Assembly (NCBI GenBank): GCA_965207225.1 | Contig: CBDBLV010000005.1 | Location: 1,024,001-1,088,000 of the forward strand | Source of the DNA: Dehalococcoidia bacterium | GTDB taxonomy: Bacteria > Chloroflexota > Dehalococcoidia > Plut-88900 | DNA length: 64,000 bases | Direction of reading: 5' to 3' | Shown here: positions 35,657-44,316 of the stretch, piece by piece | Position numbering within the stretch: the first letter of the stretch is position 1 | How the letters are laid out: the number at the start of each line of letters is the position of its first letter | The notes under the pieces: generated by a model | Told to the model about the DNA's origin: nothing | Database searches by the model: none | The model's input: the letters and a program-made list of their open reading frames with translations, nothing else | Made by a program: the position numbers and the translations under genes

Positions 35657-36447
35657 CCCGCAACCGCAACGTCGATCTGGCCCCGCTGCTCAAGACCCTC
35701 AAGCTCAGCGGCATGCTGGACACCCTGCCCGAGCGCATCGCCCTGGCCCGAAGGGACCAGTTGGACTATGCCGCCTTCCTGGAGATCATCCTAGCCGACG
35801 AGGTCAGCCGCAGGGAGAACCGGCGCATCGAGACCCGCCTGAACCGGGCCGGCTTCGAGGAGACCTGCCGCCTGGAGGACTTCGACTGGACGTCCGAAAT
35901 CACCCTGGACCGCCGCCTCCTTGACGCCGCCTTCTCCCTGGACTTCATCCCCAGGCACGAGCACGTCCTGCTCATGGGACCGGCGGGCGTCGGCAAGAGC
36001 TTCCTGGCCCAGGCCCTCGGCTACGCCGCCGTCAGAGCCGGATACTCCGTCCGCTTCATCCACGCATACGACTTCTTCAAAGCCATGTCCCAAGCCAGGG
36101 TGGACAACTCGGTGGACAAAGCCTTCCGCTCCTTCCTCTCCCCCGACCTGCTCATCCTCGACGACCTGGGCCTGCACCGTCTCAACGCACAACAGTCATC
36201 GGACCTCTACCAGCTCATCGTCGGCAAGCATCGGGCCTCCAGCTTCGTCATCACCTCCAACCGCGCCATCGAGGAGTGGCTCGGCCTCTTCAACGATCCC
36301 ATCCTGGGCAACAGCGCCCTGGACCGTCTGGCCAACACCAGCTACCAGATCGTCATCGAGGGCACCAGCTACCGGGAGAGGCTCTCTCCTCACCGCGCCC
36401 TACTGGGCAAAGTGGCCAAAATCCTCGGCAAGAAGGGAGGTGATTGA
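35653..36447 (+). CDS. istB: IS21 helper ATPase
   Basis: GPAGVGKS, LLILDDLG, TSNR and LDRL motifs; ATGA overlap with istA. Confidence 0.95.
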   Translation: MTRNRNVDLAPLLKTLKLSGMLDTLPERIALARRDQLDYAAFLEIILADEVSRRENRRIETRLNRAGFEETCRLEDFDWTSEITLDRRLLDAAFSLDFIPRHEHVLLMGPAGVGKSFLAQALGYAAVRAGYSVRFIHAYDFFKAMSQARVDNSVDKAFRSFLSPDLLILDDLGLHRLNAQQSSDLYQLIVGKHRASSFVITSNRAIEEWLGLFNDPILGNSALDRLANTSYQIVIEGTSYRERLSPHRALLGKVAKILGKKGGD

Positions 36448-37789
36448 ACCGCCGATAGCATCCTGTCATAATCCGTATCATCGGCGTTCAGGGTGGCTCA
36501 ATGTTCGTGGGTAACCTGGCTCAAAGATCTTGGGTAACGACACCCGTGGGCCTGCGCCTCCTCAAACAGGGAATCCCCTGCCACATCTGCGGATGACAAT
36601 GTGATGAACTTGCGAGCCATTCCAAGCAGGGGGGCGGATACCTGTAAAGGATCGGCGCCCATCTCCTCACGCTTCTCGTTAATCCGGTCAACTATCATAC
36701 TGTTGCCGTCCGTCGCGTAGGCGACTACGAGGGCATAACCGAATCTGTCAGCCTGGCCACCGGCGATATCAACCGGATTGCCTGACTGGTCGAGAACGGC
36801 GTGACAACTCCCAACGCCCAGGTAGTCCAAAGCAGGAGTTTGGGCGACCTCGGATAAGCCAACTCTCTCAATCATCTCCGTGGCGATCTCAGATGGCTCC
36901 GCACTAGCTGGCCAAAGGTGTCTGCCGTAAGCTAGGCGCAGGGACCAACTCGATTTGGCATCCCCGGGCCGTTCCGCAAGGCGATGTCTCAGGTAGTCGA
37001 GAATCCTGTCTTCAAAATCCTCCTCGGAAGAGAACCAGACTGCAGTATCGCGGGCGGCGGCCTGCAGCCCGGAACTTGGCCAAGGGATAGGCATACCCAC
37101 CCTCTCCCGCTCGGTCACGATGTGATTGACTATAATTTCCGAGGTCGCGACTTCTTTGTCTGCACCGACCGGATTGGTAACGAACCCATCGTCAAAGACT
37201 TTGTTGCAGGATCGACAACGGTATGGGTTGTGGTGGGGGTAGTGCCTGAGTCTTGTATGGCTGCTGCCGCAGTTAGGGCACGATGGCGTTCGAGGGCTTG
37301 AAGTTAGGCGGGCGTGAGCGGCCTTCATGTCCTGCCAATCTCGGAGGGCGCGGCGGTCCGCAGAGAACGCCAATGGAGGTAGACGCCCATAGTCGAAGAA
37401 TTTGGCGTCGAGACACTCCGGTTTCCGGGCTTTCAGGTGGCCACCTATTACTTTGCCGAAATAGGTCTTGATGAGGTGGTTGCGCCCCTCAAAGATCAGG
37501 GAAACGACTTCAACGCGAAGGCCGGTTTCTTCCCGCGTTTCCCGAGCTGCTGCTCTGTGATAGGCCTCCTTGCCGTCACAATTGCCTCCTGGCAGTGACC
37601 ATTTGTACTTTTCCTTTCCGTACCCCCTCTGGACCAGCAAGACCTGTCCGATATCGTTTTCGACCAAGCAAAATGCCACTCGCTTTGGCATTGGCGTCTC
37701 CTCATACTGGAATTCACAACAGGTCAAACGGTCGTGCTCCCGTTTGCGCTCATCTCCCTTATCTCCACGGGCTGGCACCGCGGTTGATT

Positions 37790-38086
37790 CTACGTAGTAG
37801 GCAGGGGCTGGTAGCGCTCGACCTGTATCCGGTCTTCGGCCTTGCGCGCCTGAGCCAAGTCGTAGGCGGTCTGGCGGCTCAGCCAGAAGTCGGCGCTGGA
37901 CCATCCGGCCTTCTCCAGGCGAATGGCCATGTCGGGCGAGATCCCCGCGTGGCCGTTCAATACCCGTGAGAGGGTGTGACGGGCAACCCCCAAAACGTCC
38001 GCTGCTTCGGTAACGCTCAGACCGAGAGGGGCCAGGCAGTTCTCCCTAACGCCGCGGCCCGGATGGGGCGGACTCTTCATGGGCAT
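37790..38086 (-). CDS. higA: HigA-family antitoxin (XRE HTH)
   Basis: PPHPG...LSVTEAA..LGV...ISPDMAIRL...FW...Q..YDL. Confidence 0.9.
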   Translation of the reverse strand: MPMKSPPHPGRGVRENCLAPLGLSVTEAADVLGVARHTLSRVLNGHAGISPDMAIRLEKAGWSSADFWLSRQTAYDLAQARKAEDRIQVERYQPLPTT

Positions 38087-38102
38087 GGTATCTCCCTCCC
38101 TG

Positions 38103-38381
38103 TTAGTGGTAATCGACGAGATCAACGTCGTACACATCGCCGGCTTCAAACCTAAAGGTGATCCGCCAGTTGCCCGAGATCGAAATACTCCATAGTCCTC
38201 TCCGGTCCCCTCTGAGTGGATGCAGCCTGTATCCCGCCAGGTCGAGGTCGCTCGGCTTGCCGGCGGCATCCAGGTCCGCCAGGGCGAGAGTGATTCGATC
38301 CAATTGGTCGGCGGCTATCCTGCTGGGGTCGTCTCGCTCATAGAGCCGCCTCAACCCTCGATGGCGAAACGAACGGATCAT
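38103..38381 (-). CDS. higB: HigB/RelE-like toxin (plasmid maintenance killer)
   Basis: [10 protein letters not shown]...LHPLRG...[15 protein letters not shown]...DYH; upstream of higA. Confidence 0.92.
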   Translation of the reverse strand: MIRSFRHRGLRRLYERDDPSRIAADQLDRITLALADLDAAGKPSDLDLAGYRLHPLRGDRRGLWSISISGNWRITFRFEAGDVYDVDLVDYH

Positions 38382-38488
38382 GAACAGATTATACCGTGTG
38401 CCGGTACGGCTATCAACAGGTTCGTTAGTCCGTCCCGCACTGGCATACCCCAGTTGCTCACTGGCCTGGGCTTCGCTACTCTCGACAC

Positions 38489-40225
38489 ATGGCCCTTTCA
38501 GACGAACATCTGCTCGACGCCCTCAGCCGGATGCCGTTTGTCGAATCGACGGAGCTGGCGCTCATCCTAGGCGAGCCCCACGCCACCATCCACCGCAGAC
38601 TGTCCGAGTTGCTGGCCGACGGCATCGTCGGGAGAGTCACCCAAGGCACCGTCCACCTGCCGTCGAGCGGGAGGTACTGCCTGACGTCCAACGGCATCCG
38701 CGAAACCGCCGAGTTTCTGGACTTCGACACGCCGTCGGACTTCGTGCGGGCCTACCCCATGTCCAGGGAGTGGCTGACGCTGCTCCTGCGCCGCATGGAT
38801 GCCGTGGCCGCCGTCTACCGCCTCGCCGCCACCATGTCCCCCGGCACGGATGGCCTGCGTTCCCGCGTGGAGTTCCGCCGCGAGGGCCGGTTCGACGCCA
38901 CCATCACGCTCCACGACGGCCGAGACTTCGGCGTGGCGCGCCAGGGCCTAGCCCTGCGCAGACGCTCCCTCCATGACAGGCTGAGGGCCTTGGCGCACTA
39001 CGACTCCAGCCGCCGCCCCGACGTCGTGCTCATCCTGGTGCCCAGCGTGTGGGAGCGGAGGCGGACGGGGAGGTTCTGCGAGGGGGTCTACCTGACGGAC
39101 TTCTTCATCGCCGTGGAGTCCAGGACGGCCCTGGAACGCCGGAACCGCCGCGTCTGGCAGGAGACCACGGGGCTGTCCGGGCATTCGTACCTGACGCTGG
39201 AGCGGGTGATCTCCCGGGGCACACCGGGCAGGAGACGAAGACCTCTCAACACGTCGCCGGAGCGGAAGCGAGCTTCACTTCCTCAACCTGAGCGCATGGC
39301 GCAGGCTGCGCCGACCTTCGGCCTCAGCCCCGCTGAGAAGCGCACGCTGGACCTCATCACCGACCACCCGATGATCCCCCGCGAGCACCTGGCCCTCTGG
39401 CTCGGCGTCTCGGAGGGAAGAATCAGCCAGATGATGCGCAGCCTCGTGAAGACTTGGAGCCTCATTGAGCGCCGGGGCAAACGCGAAGAGGTGCGCTACA
39501 CGCTGTCCGACGAGGGGATACGCTACGTGACCCACCGGGACCGGGCGGAGCTGCCCATCACGCGGGGCATCTGGAGCACGGAGCTGACCACGGACAAGGA
39601 GGGACGGCTGCGTCACGTGGGCCACCGCATCGAGACGTGGGCGCGTCAAACGAGGCACGCCGACGGCATCACGTGGTTCCTGTCGAAGCTTGTGGCCGAG
39701 ACCCGTTCCGATCCCGACAGTGAGCTTGTATGGCTTGTCCCCACCGCGAGGTCCGACCGGGCCTACAACTGGGGCCGCTCCGCCATCGCCCCCGACGCCG
39801 TGGGGCAGCTTCTCGCCGGTGGCCATCCCGTGCCCTTCTACCTCGAGCACGAGCTCAGAGCCCGCCACCCGCAGGGAGTCAGTGCCCGCCTGAGACCCTA
39901 TGAGAGATACTACTGGTCACCGGAGCATAAAGAGGACCTGCCGCCGTACCCGGTCACGCTGTTCGTCGTGGACACCGAGGAGGTGGAGGAGACCTACGTG
40001 AATACCGCCGCCCGGATGCACCGGATGTCGCTGCCCGTCCTGGTGTCCTGCATCCCTGTGCTTAGCACCACGGGAATACTGGGGGAGTCCTGGCGTCCCC
40101 TGTGGACGCCGTCCTCCCCCCGGCTGCGGCTGTCCCAGCTGAGTGATTACGTCTACGACCCGCTGTACCACCGGATGCGTCCCACCCGTCCTGTAGAGGC
40201 GTCCTATAGGGGGCGGAATCGATAG
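38489..40225 (+). CDS. Replication-relaxation-like protein (paralog of 14478-16145)
   Basis: MPF....LA, LL.R.DA.A.VYRL, PAEKR.LD, PDAVG...FYLEHE and RL.PY..YY shared with the element-1 copy. Confidence 0.72.
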   Translation: MALSDEHLLDALSRMPFVESTELALILGEPHATIHRRLSELLADGIVGRVTQGTVHLPSSGRYCLTSNGIRETAEFLDFDTPSDFVRAYPMSREWLTLLLRRMDAVAAVYRLAATMSPGTDGLRSRVEFRREGRFDATITLHDGRDFGVARQGLALRRRSLHDRLRALAHYDSSRRPDVVLILVPSVWERRRTGRFCEGVYLTDFFIAVESRTALERRNRRVWQETTGLSGHSYLTLERVISRGTPGRRRRPLNTSPERKRASLPQPERMAQAAPTFGLSPAEKRTLDLITDHPMIPREHLALWLGVSEGRISQMMRSLVKTWSLIERRGKREEVRYTLSDEGIRYVTHRDRAELPITRGIWSTELTTDKEGRLRHVGHRIETWARQTRHADGITWFLSKLVAETRSDPDSELVWLVPTARSDRAYNWGRSAIAPDAVGQLLAGGHPVPFYLEHELRARHPQGVSARLRPYERYYWSPEHKEDLPPYPVTLFVVDTEEVEETYVNTAARMHRMSLPVLVSCIPVLSTTGILGESWRPLWTPSSPRLRLSQLSDYVYDPLYHRMRPTRPVEASYRGRNR

Positions 40226-40755
40226 CGTCGATGCAACGCCGTCTGCCCTCCCTGCCGTCTGGGGGCCGAAAAACGGTACAAGTTGTACATCTGGCGGGCT
40301 CTCGAAACAGCCGAGACCGGTCATATTCCCCTGATTCAGCTACGAAACGGGTTGCAAGGCCCTCGACCGGTCAACGGTCAAAAATGCAAGTCTCGGAGAA
40401 GCTGTGCTAAAGTTAGATCGCTCTCCAGGGACGCCAGAATTGTACTTTTACCACCCTGACCGGTCAGCCGATCATGGGGGATGTAGGTACGGATGCGGGT
40501 CTGAAGCGTCTATGAGGAGCAAAATCGGCACTTCGGCGGCGTCTGCGGCCCATGCTGGCCCATCGGATATTGCAGGAATTGAGGTGGGGGTGCATGACGC
40601 GAAATGGGGTGGTGGGCAGGAACGGACATTTCGGGCCACGCAGGTTTGGATTTATGCAACATTTCGGGGGTTTGGCCGGAAATAGTGACCGGTCGCTGTC
40701 AAGGGCCGGTTCCACCGAAAATTGCAGAAGCGGCCCACCCCAATAGAGGACGAAA

Positions 40756-41181
40756 ATGACTTCTAGGAGACGGAAGGCCGACAACCATCCGCCCGACCAG
40801 AAGTGGGTCGTGGAGTACCTGGTCCAGCGGGAGGGTCAGCGCAGGACGGCGGCCCTCCTGGGGGTGAACCGGAAGACGGTGGCGTTGGCCCTTGGCCGGG
40901 AGCGTCTGACGGGGAAGATGGCCCTGGCCGTACAGCGGTTCATGGCGGGCCAGGACGACCCCTATGGGGAGAGAACAACGCCCCTGGACAGGCTGGAGTC
41001 GAGGATGCGGCGGGCAATCCGAGGAGTGGACGATCTCAGGGAGCTCGTCGAGGGGCTGACGGAGCGCGTGGAGGCCCTGGAGGCGGCGCGGAAGCAGGAC
41101 GCCGCCGAGGGCGGTGGGCTGCGCCTGTTCAGCCGGTGGCGGAGACGCAGGCCGCAGGGCGAGGACGAGAGCGATGGCTGA
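40756..41181 (+). CDS. HTH + coiled-coil hypothetical protein
   Basis: TAALLGVNRKTV HTH; LTERVEALE coiled coil; SD GAGG. Confidence 0.7.
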   Translation: MTSRRRKADNHPPDQKWVVEYLVQREGQRRTAALLGVNRKTVALALGRERLTGKMALAVQRFMAGQDDPYGERTTPLDRLESRMRRAIRGVDDLRELVEGLTERVEALEAARKQDAAEGGGLRLFSRWRRRRPQGEDESDG

Positions 41182-41608
41182 GCGAGTGCGCTGGGTGGCG
41201 AAGGCGGAGGCGGCGCGGGAGATGGAGGTCTCCATCTCGACCCTGGACCGGATGGTACGGCGGGGTGAGGTCGATGTCCGCAGGGAGGGCCGCCGGGTTT
41301 ACGTGCGGCTGGAGGGGCCGGAGCGGGTGAGCGACGAGGAGCTGCTACGCCGTGCTCTCGATAGGGAAGGGAAGCGTGGGAGAAGGCTGTGGGAGTCGGA
41401 CCAGCGAGCGCAGGCGTTGGAGCGGGAGCGGGACGAGGCCGTGTACGCTGCATCCGCCGACCGGCAGGCGCTTGAGGAGATAGAAAAGGAGTACGAGAAG
41501 GAGCGCGACGCCCGAAGAAGGATGCGGCGGTTGGCCGTAAGGCTCGGCTTGGCCGTGGTCGTGCTGCTCGCGGTCGTCGGTCTGCTCATTTGGCGGCTGG
41601 TGGCATAG
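41174..41608 (+). CDS. Excisionase-like HTH + coiled coil + C-terminal TM anchor
   Basis: EAAREMEVSISTLDRMVRRGEV (MerR/HTH_17-like); hydrophobic C-terminus; overlaps the upstream stop. Confidence 0.68.
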   Translation: MAERVRWVAKAEAAREMEVSISTLDRMVRRGEVDVRREGRRVYVRLEGPERVSDEELLRRALDREGKRGRRLWESDQRAQALERERDEAVYAASADRQALEEIEKEYEKERDARRRMRRLAVRLGLAVVVLLAVVGLLIWRLVA

Positions 41609-41886
41609 GAACTGATCAACGAGACTCTCAACACCGTTGCATCGGAGGTCAGTCTCGACTGGAGGGTTTAGTCGTTTCACCTGCAAGCAGGAGCACGGCG
41701 ACACCTTTTGTTCGGAGAATTCCGTTACAGTGGCCAAAACGAGAAAGAGGTGGACACCCACGACCGATCATGTCGTATACTGCCTTCGGTGGTCCATATG
41801 GGAAGCATACTGATTGAGCGCATGGTTCACGATAACCGACAACCCTATACGGGACTCCATAGAAAGAGCTACTAGCACATATAGAA

Positions 41887-42291
41887 ATGTCGATACCTTT
41901 AGAAGTTGTTATCGAACGCACTCCACTATCCCAGCAGGCTGACCGGCGCCGCCTGAGGGCTTGGAGGCGGGTCGTGCAGAATGTCGTGGGAGAAAAGTGG
42001 GACACTGAACCGCCCTTCCCTGGAGAGGTCATGGTGGGCATCACCTATTACTTCAAAGGAGAGTCTCTGGACGTCGACAATATGCCTAAGCCAATCCTGG
42101 ACGCACTGAAGGGGTTGGTGTATGCCGACGACGACCAGATAACCGACCTGGTCTGCCGCAAGCGAGACCGGAACAGAGACTTGGAATTCGAGAACCCGTC
42201 TCCCGTTCTTGTGGAAACGCTCGGACGATCCGAGCAGTTTCTCCACATTGTCGTGACCGAAGCACTGAGCCTGGAGGTGCCATCTTGGTAA
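41887..42291 (+). CDS. RusA-family crossover-junction endonuclease
   Basis: DVDNMPKPILDALKGLVYADDDQI catalytic motif. Confidence 0.85.
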   Translation: MSIPLEVVIERTPLSQQADRRRLRAWRRVVQNVVGEKWDTEPPFPGEVMVGITYYFKGESLDVDNMPKPILDALKGLVYADDDQITDLVCRKRDRNRDLEFENPSPVLVETLGRSEQFLHIVVTEALSLEVPSW

Positions 42292-42968
42292 GAGACGCAA
42301 CCGACTCCGAATATCTCCTAACGTGCAAGACCGCAGAAGATTACCGAAGCAAGGGCTACGAGGTCCTGTTGGAAGCACCCTTAGACTTCATGCCGGGCTT
42401 CAGAGCCGACCTGCTTGTTCGGAAGGGTGATGAGGCCAGGGTCATAGAAGTAAAGTCTAGGCCGTCTCTAGCCGCCGACCCCAAGATAGGCGAGCTGGCA
42501 CGACTCATCGAATCGATGCCAGGATGGACCTTCGAGTTGGTCCTGGTGGGTGAACCGGAAAAGGTGGACACGCCCGAAGGCGCGCGTTCGTTTGAGAGCG
42601 AGAAGATAGTCCAGAGGATCACGGAAGCCGAGAAATCCCGCGAAGCCGGCTTGCCGGAGGCCGCTTTCCTGCTCGCATGGTCGGCCTCTGAAGCCGTTAT
42701 CAGAGTGTTGCTTGCAGCGCAAGGAGTTTCCAGTACCAGCATCACATCGCCCGGATACGTTCTCGACCAAGGGGTCTACCACGGGGTCATCTCAAGAGAC
42801 GACTATGACGCTTTGACCCGCATGCGAAAGTACAGAAACGCTATCGTTCATGGATTCGGCACGGACGACTTCGACGATGAGATGGTGACGGAGCTCATTG
42901 CAACCATAAGGCGCATCATGACGACTCCAGTCATTCGCGACGGCTCCAACGGTCCGACCTCTCCCTAA
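42285..42968 (+). CDS. PD-(D/E)xK nuclease-like + HEPN-like protein
   Basis: Y..KGYEV...ADLLV...VIEVKS nuclease motif; C-terminal AFLLAWSA.E...RNAIVH (RxxxxH). Confidence 0.72.
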   Translation: MVRDATDSEYLLTCKTAEDYRSKGYEVLLEAPLDFMPGFRADLLVRKGDEARVIEVKSRPSLAADPKIGELARLIESMPGWTFELVLVGEPEKVDTPEGARSFESEKIVQRITEAEKSREAGLPEAAFLLAWSASEAVIRVLLAAQGVSSTSITSPGYVLDQGVYHGVISRDDYDALTRMRKYRNAIVHGFGTDDFDDEMVTELIATIRRIMTTPVIRDGSNGPTSP

Positions 42969-43109
42969 ACGGACTTCCTGTCCGCACTGGACAGCTTCAG
43001 TCCGTCAACGGCAGATAGGGTGCACCGCACCGGTGCAACCCTTTGTTGCGGAGCTTTGCGGGTCGAGGATTTGCCACTTGTCCGCCCCCCCACAGGGCAA
43101 GTTTGACCG

Positions 43110-44039
43110 ATGGTGAACGAGGCGATTGGAATTAGGCCCATGCATAAGAGAATCCTAGATGATCTCGCCCGACACGCTGCTGTTTTCTCTGGCATGTGGC
43201 GGCTCCTAGTTTCCCAAGTTCAAGACTTCGTTGCGGAATTTAGGAGGCTATCGTGGGAAGACTTCCGAAGGGGAGTCACTGTCAACTTTGTGATGACCCT
43301 ATTGATTCTGGGAATGCTCACATACTTCATTTGGGGGTTTGACTATATCGACAGGTTGTATGACAGCGTCGTGATGAACCTCCTTCCTGCGGTCCTTCCT
43401 CCTATGGTCTTCTACGAAGGAATGCGCCGAAAGCCCGGAGTCCAGCAATTCCAATGGCTGTATCTCGGGTTTGCAGTTTTTCTCGGGCTCGCGTTGATTC
43501 TGGCTGTTAGCGATACATATGACTTCCATGAGTTGGGATTCAACGTAGTTGTGGCAATGACCTCCTTCCCATGGCTGTTCATATTCGGAATGCTGGTGCG
43601 GGGAAAGAGGATATTGGCGATTGGCATGGCGCCGGCAGCGGCTTTGTTGATGGGATATTGGATCGAGCCCGCGATTTCGGGTGGCGCGGAGTTGCAATAC
43701 CTGTTGATTCCACTTCCTGCCGTGTCGATCCTGCTAGCGGCATGGACTTTCCTAGTGTGGATTCTATTCAAGGGAGTCGACAGGTGGCCGAAGCACAAGA
43801 CGCTCGGTCCACTTATGGAGAGCCTCGCAATGTTGTCCCTTTTCCTTCCCATAATGGTTCTGGCTATATGGGTTCCCAGGAGGATTCCTGGTGGCGAGGA
43901 TTGGTCCGTGGTGCTGGCTGCAATGGTCGGCGTTGTGTTCGGCAGTGTTATCTCAGAGCCACTAGGACGCTTCCTGCGGAGTTACGGGGACCTCCCATCG
44001 GCTCGCAAGGACCAAGACGATCGTCGGGACATCCCTTGA
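43110..44039 (+). CDS. Multi-pass membrane protein (paralog of 32339-33106)
   Basis: Hydrophobic helices; shared C-terminal motif; start uncertain. Confidence 0.7.
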   Translation: MVNEAIGIRPMHKRILDDLARHAAVFSGMWRLLVSQVQDFVAEFRRLSWEDFRRGVTVNFVMTLLILGMLTYFIWGFDYIDRLYDSVVMNLLPAVLPPMVFYEGMRRKPGVQQFQWLYLGFAVFLGLALILAVSDTYDFHELGFNVVVAMTSFPWLFIFGMLVRGKRILAIGMAPAAALLMGYWIEPAISGGAELQYLLIPLPAVSILLAAWTFLVWILFKGVDRWPKHKTLGPLMESLAMLSLFLPIMVLAIWVPRRIPGGEDWSVVLAAMVGVVFGSVISEPLGRFLRSYGDLPSARKDQDDRRDIP

Positions 44040-44103
44040 CATCGGTAGCCCACGTCCTTCATGATGTGGGTATGACCAGATATGACCGATAGGAAAGGGA
44101 AGT

Positions 44104-44307
44104 ATGCCCAGAAACAGAAAGGCCATCACCTTCTCACTACCGCCTGAGATGGACGAGCAAGTCAGGCGGTTTATTGAGGAGGAAGACCGCACCATGAGCG
44201 AGTTCCTGCGAGAGGCGATCCGCCTCTACATGGACGAACAGGAGTGGCTGCGGAGAGAGCGCCTTCAACGGGCCGAAGCCCGCAGGAACCAAAACAACGA
44301 GCAGTAG
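44104..44307 (+). CDS. CopG/ribbon-helix-helix protein
   Basis: KAITFSLPPEM...TMSEFLREAIRLY; upstream of recombinase 2. Confidence 0.87.
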   Translation: MPRNRKAITFSLPPEMDEQVRRFIEEEDRTMSEFLREAIRLYMDEQEWLRRERLQRAEARRNQNNEQ

Positions 44308-44316
44308 GAGGACGAC

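Larger units (their letters stand above)
33953..36542 (+). mobile_element. IS21-family insertion sequence
   Basis: Ends TGTCAATACCCAGGAACATTGAGCCA / TGTCGTTACCCAAGATCTTTGAGCCA (rc); multiple subterminal TTGAGCCA repeats; 7-bp TSD CCCGTGG (33946-33952 and 36543-36549). Confidence 0.95.
33481..37691 (-). pseudogene. NUDIX-zinc ribbon-CAP-like fusion gene split by IS21 (37691-36543 + 33945-33481)
   Basis: NUDIX box GG..DGKE....AAARETREETG, CPNC..CRSC, 'INEKRE..G...L' and 'LLRRDWQDIGIA' CAP-like segments. Removing the IS and one TSD restores EEAQAHG|YATEGWRVRLHY in frame. Confidence 0.82.
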
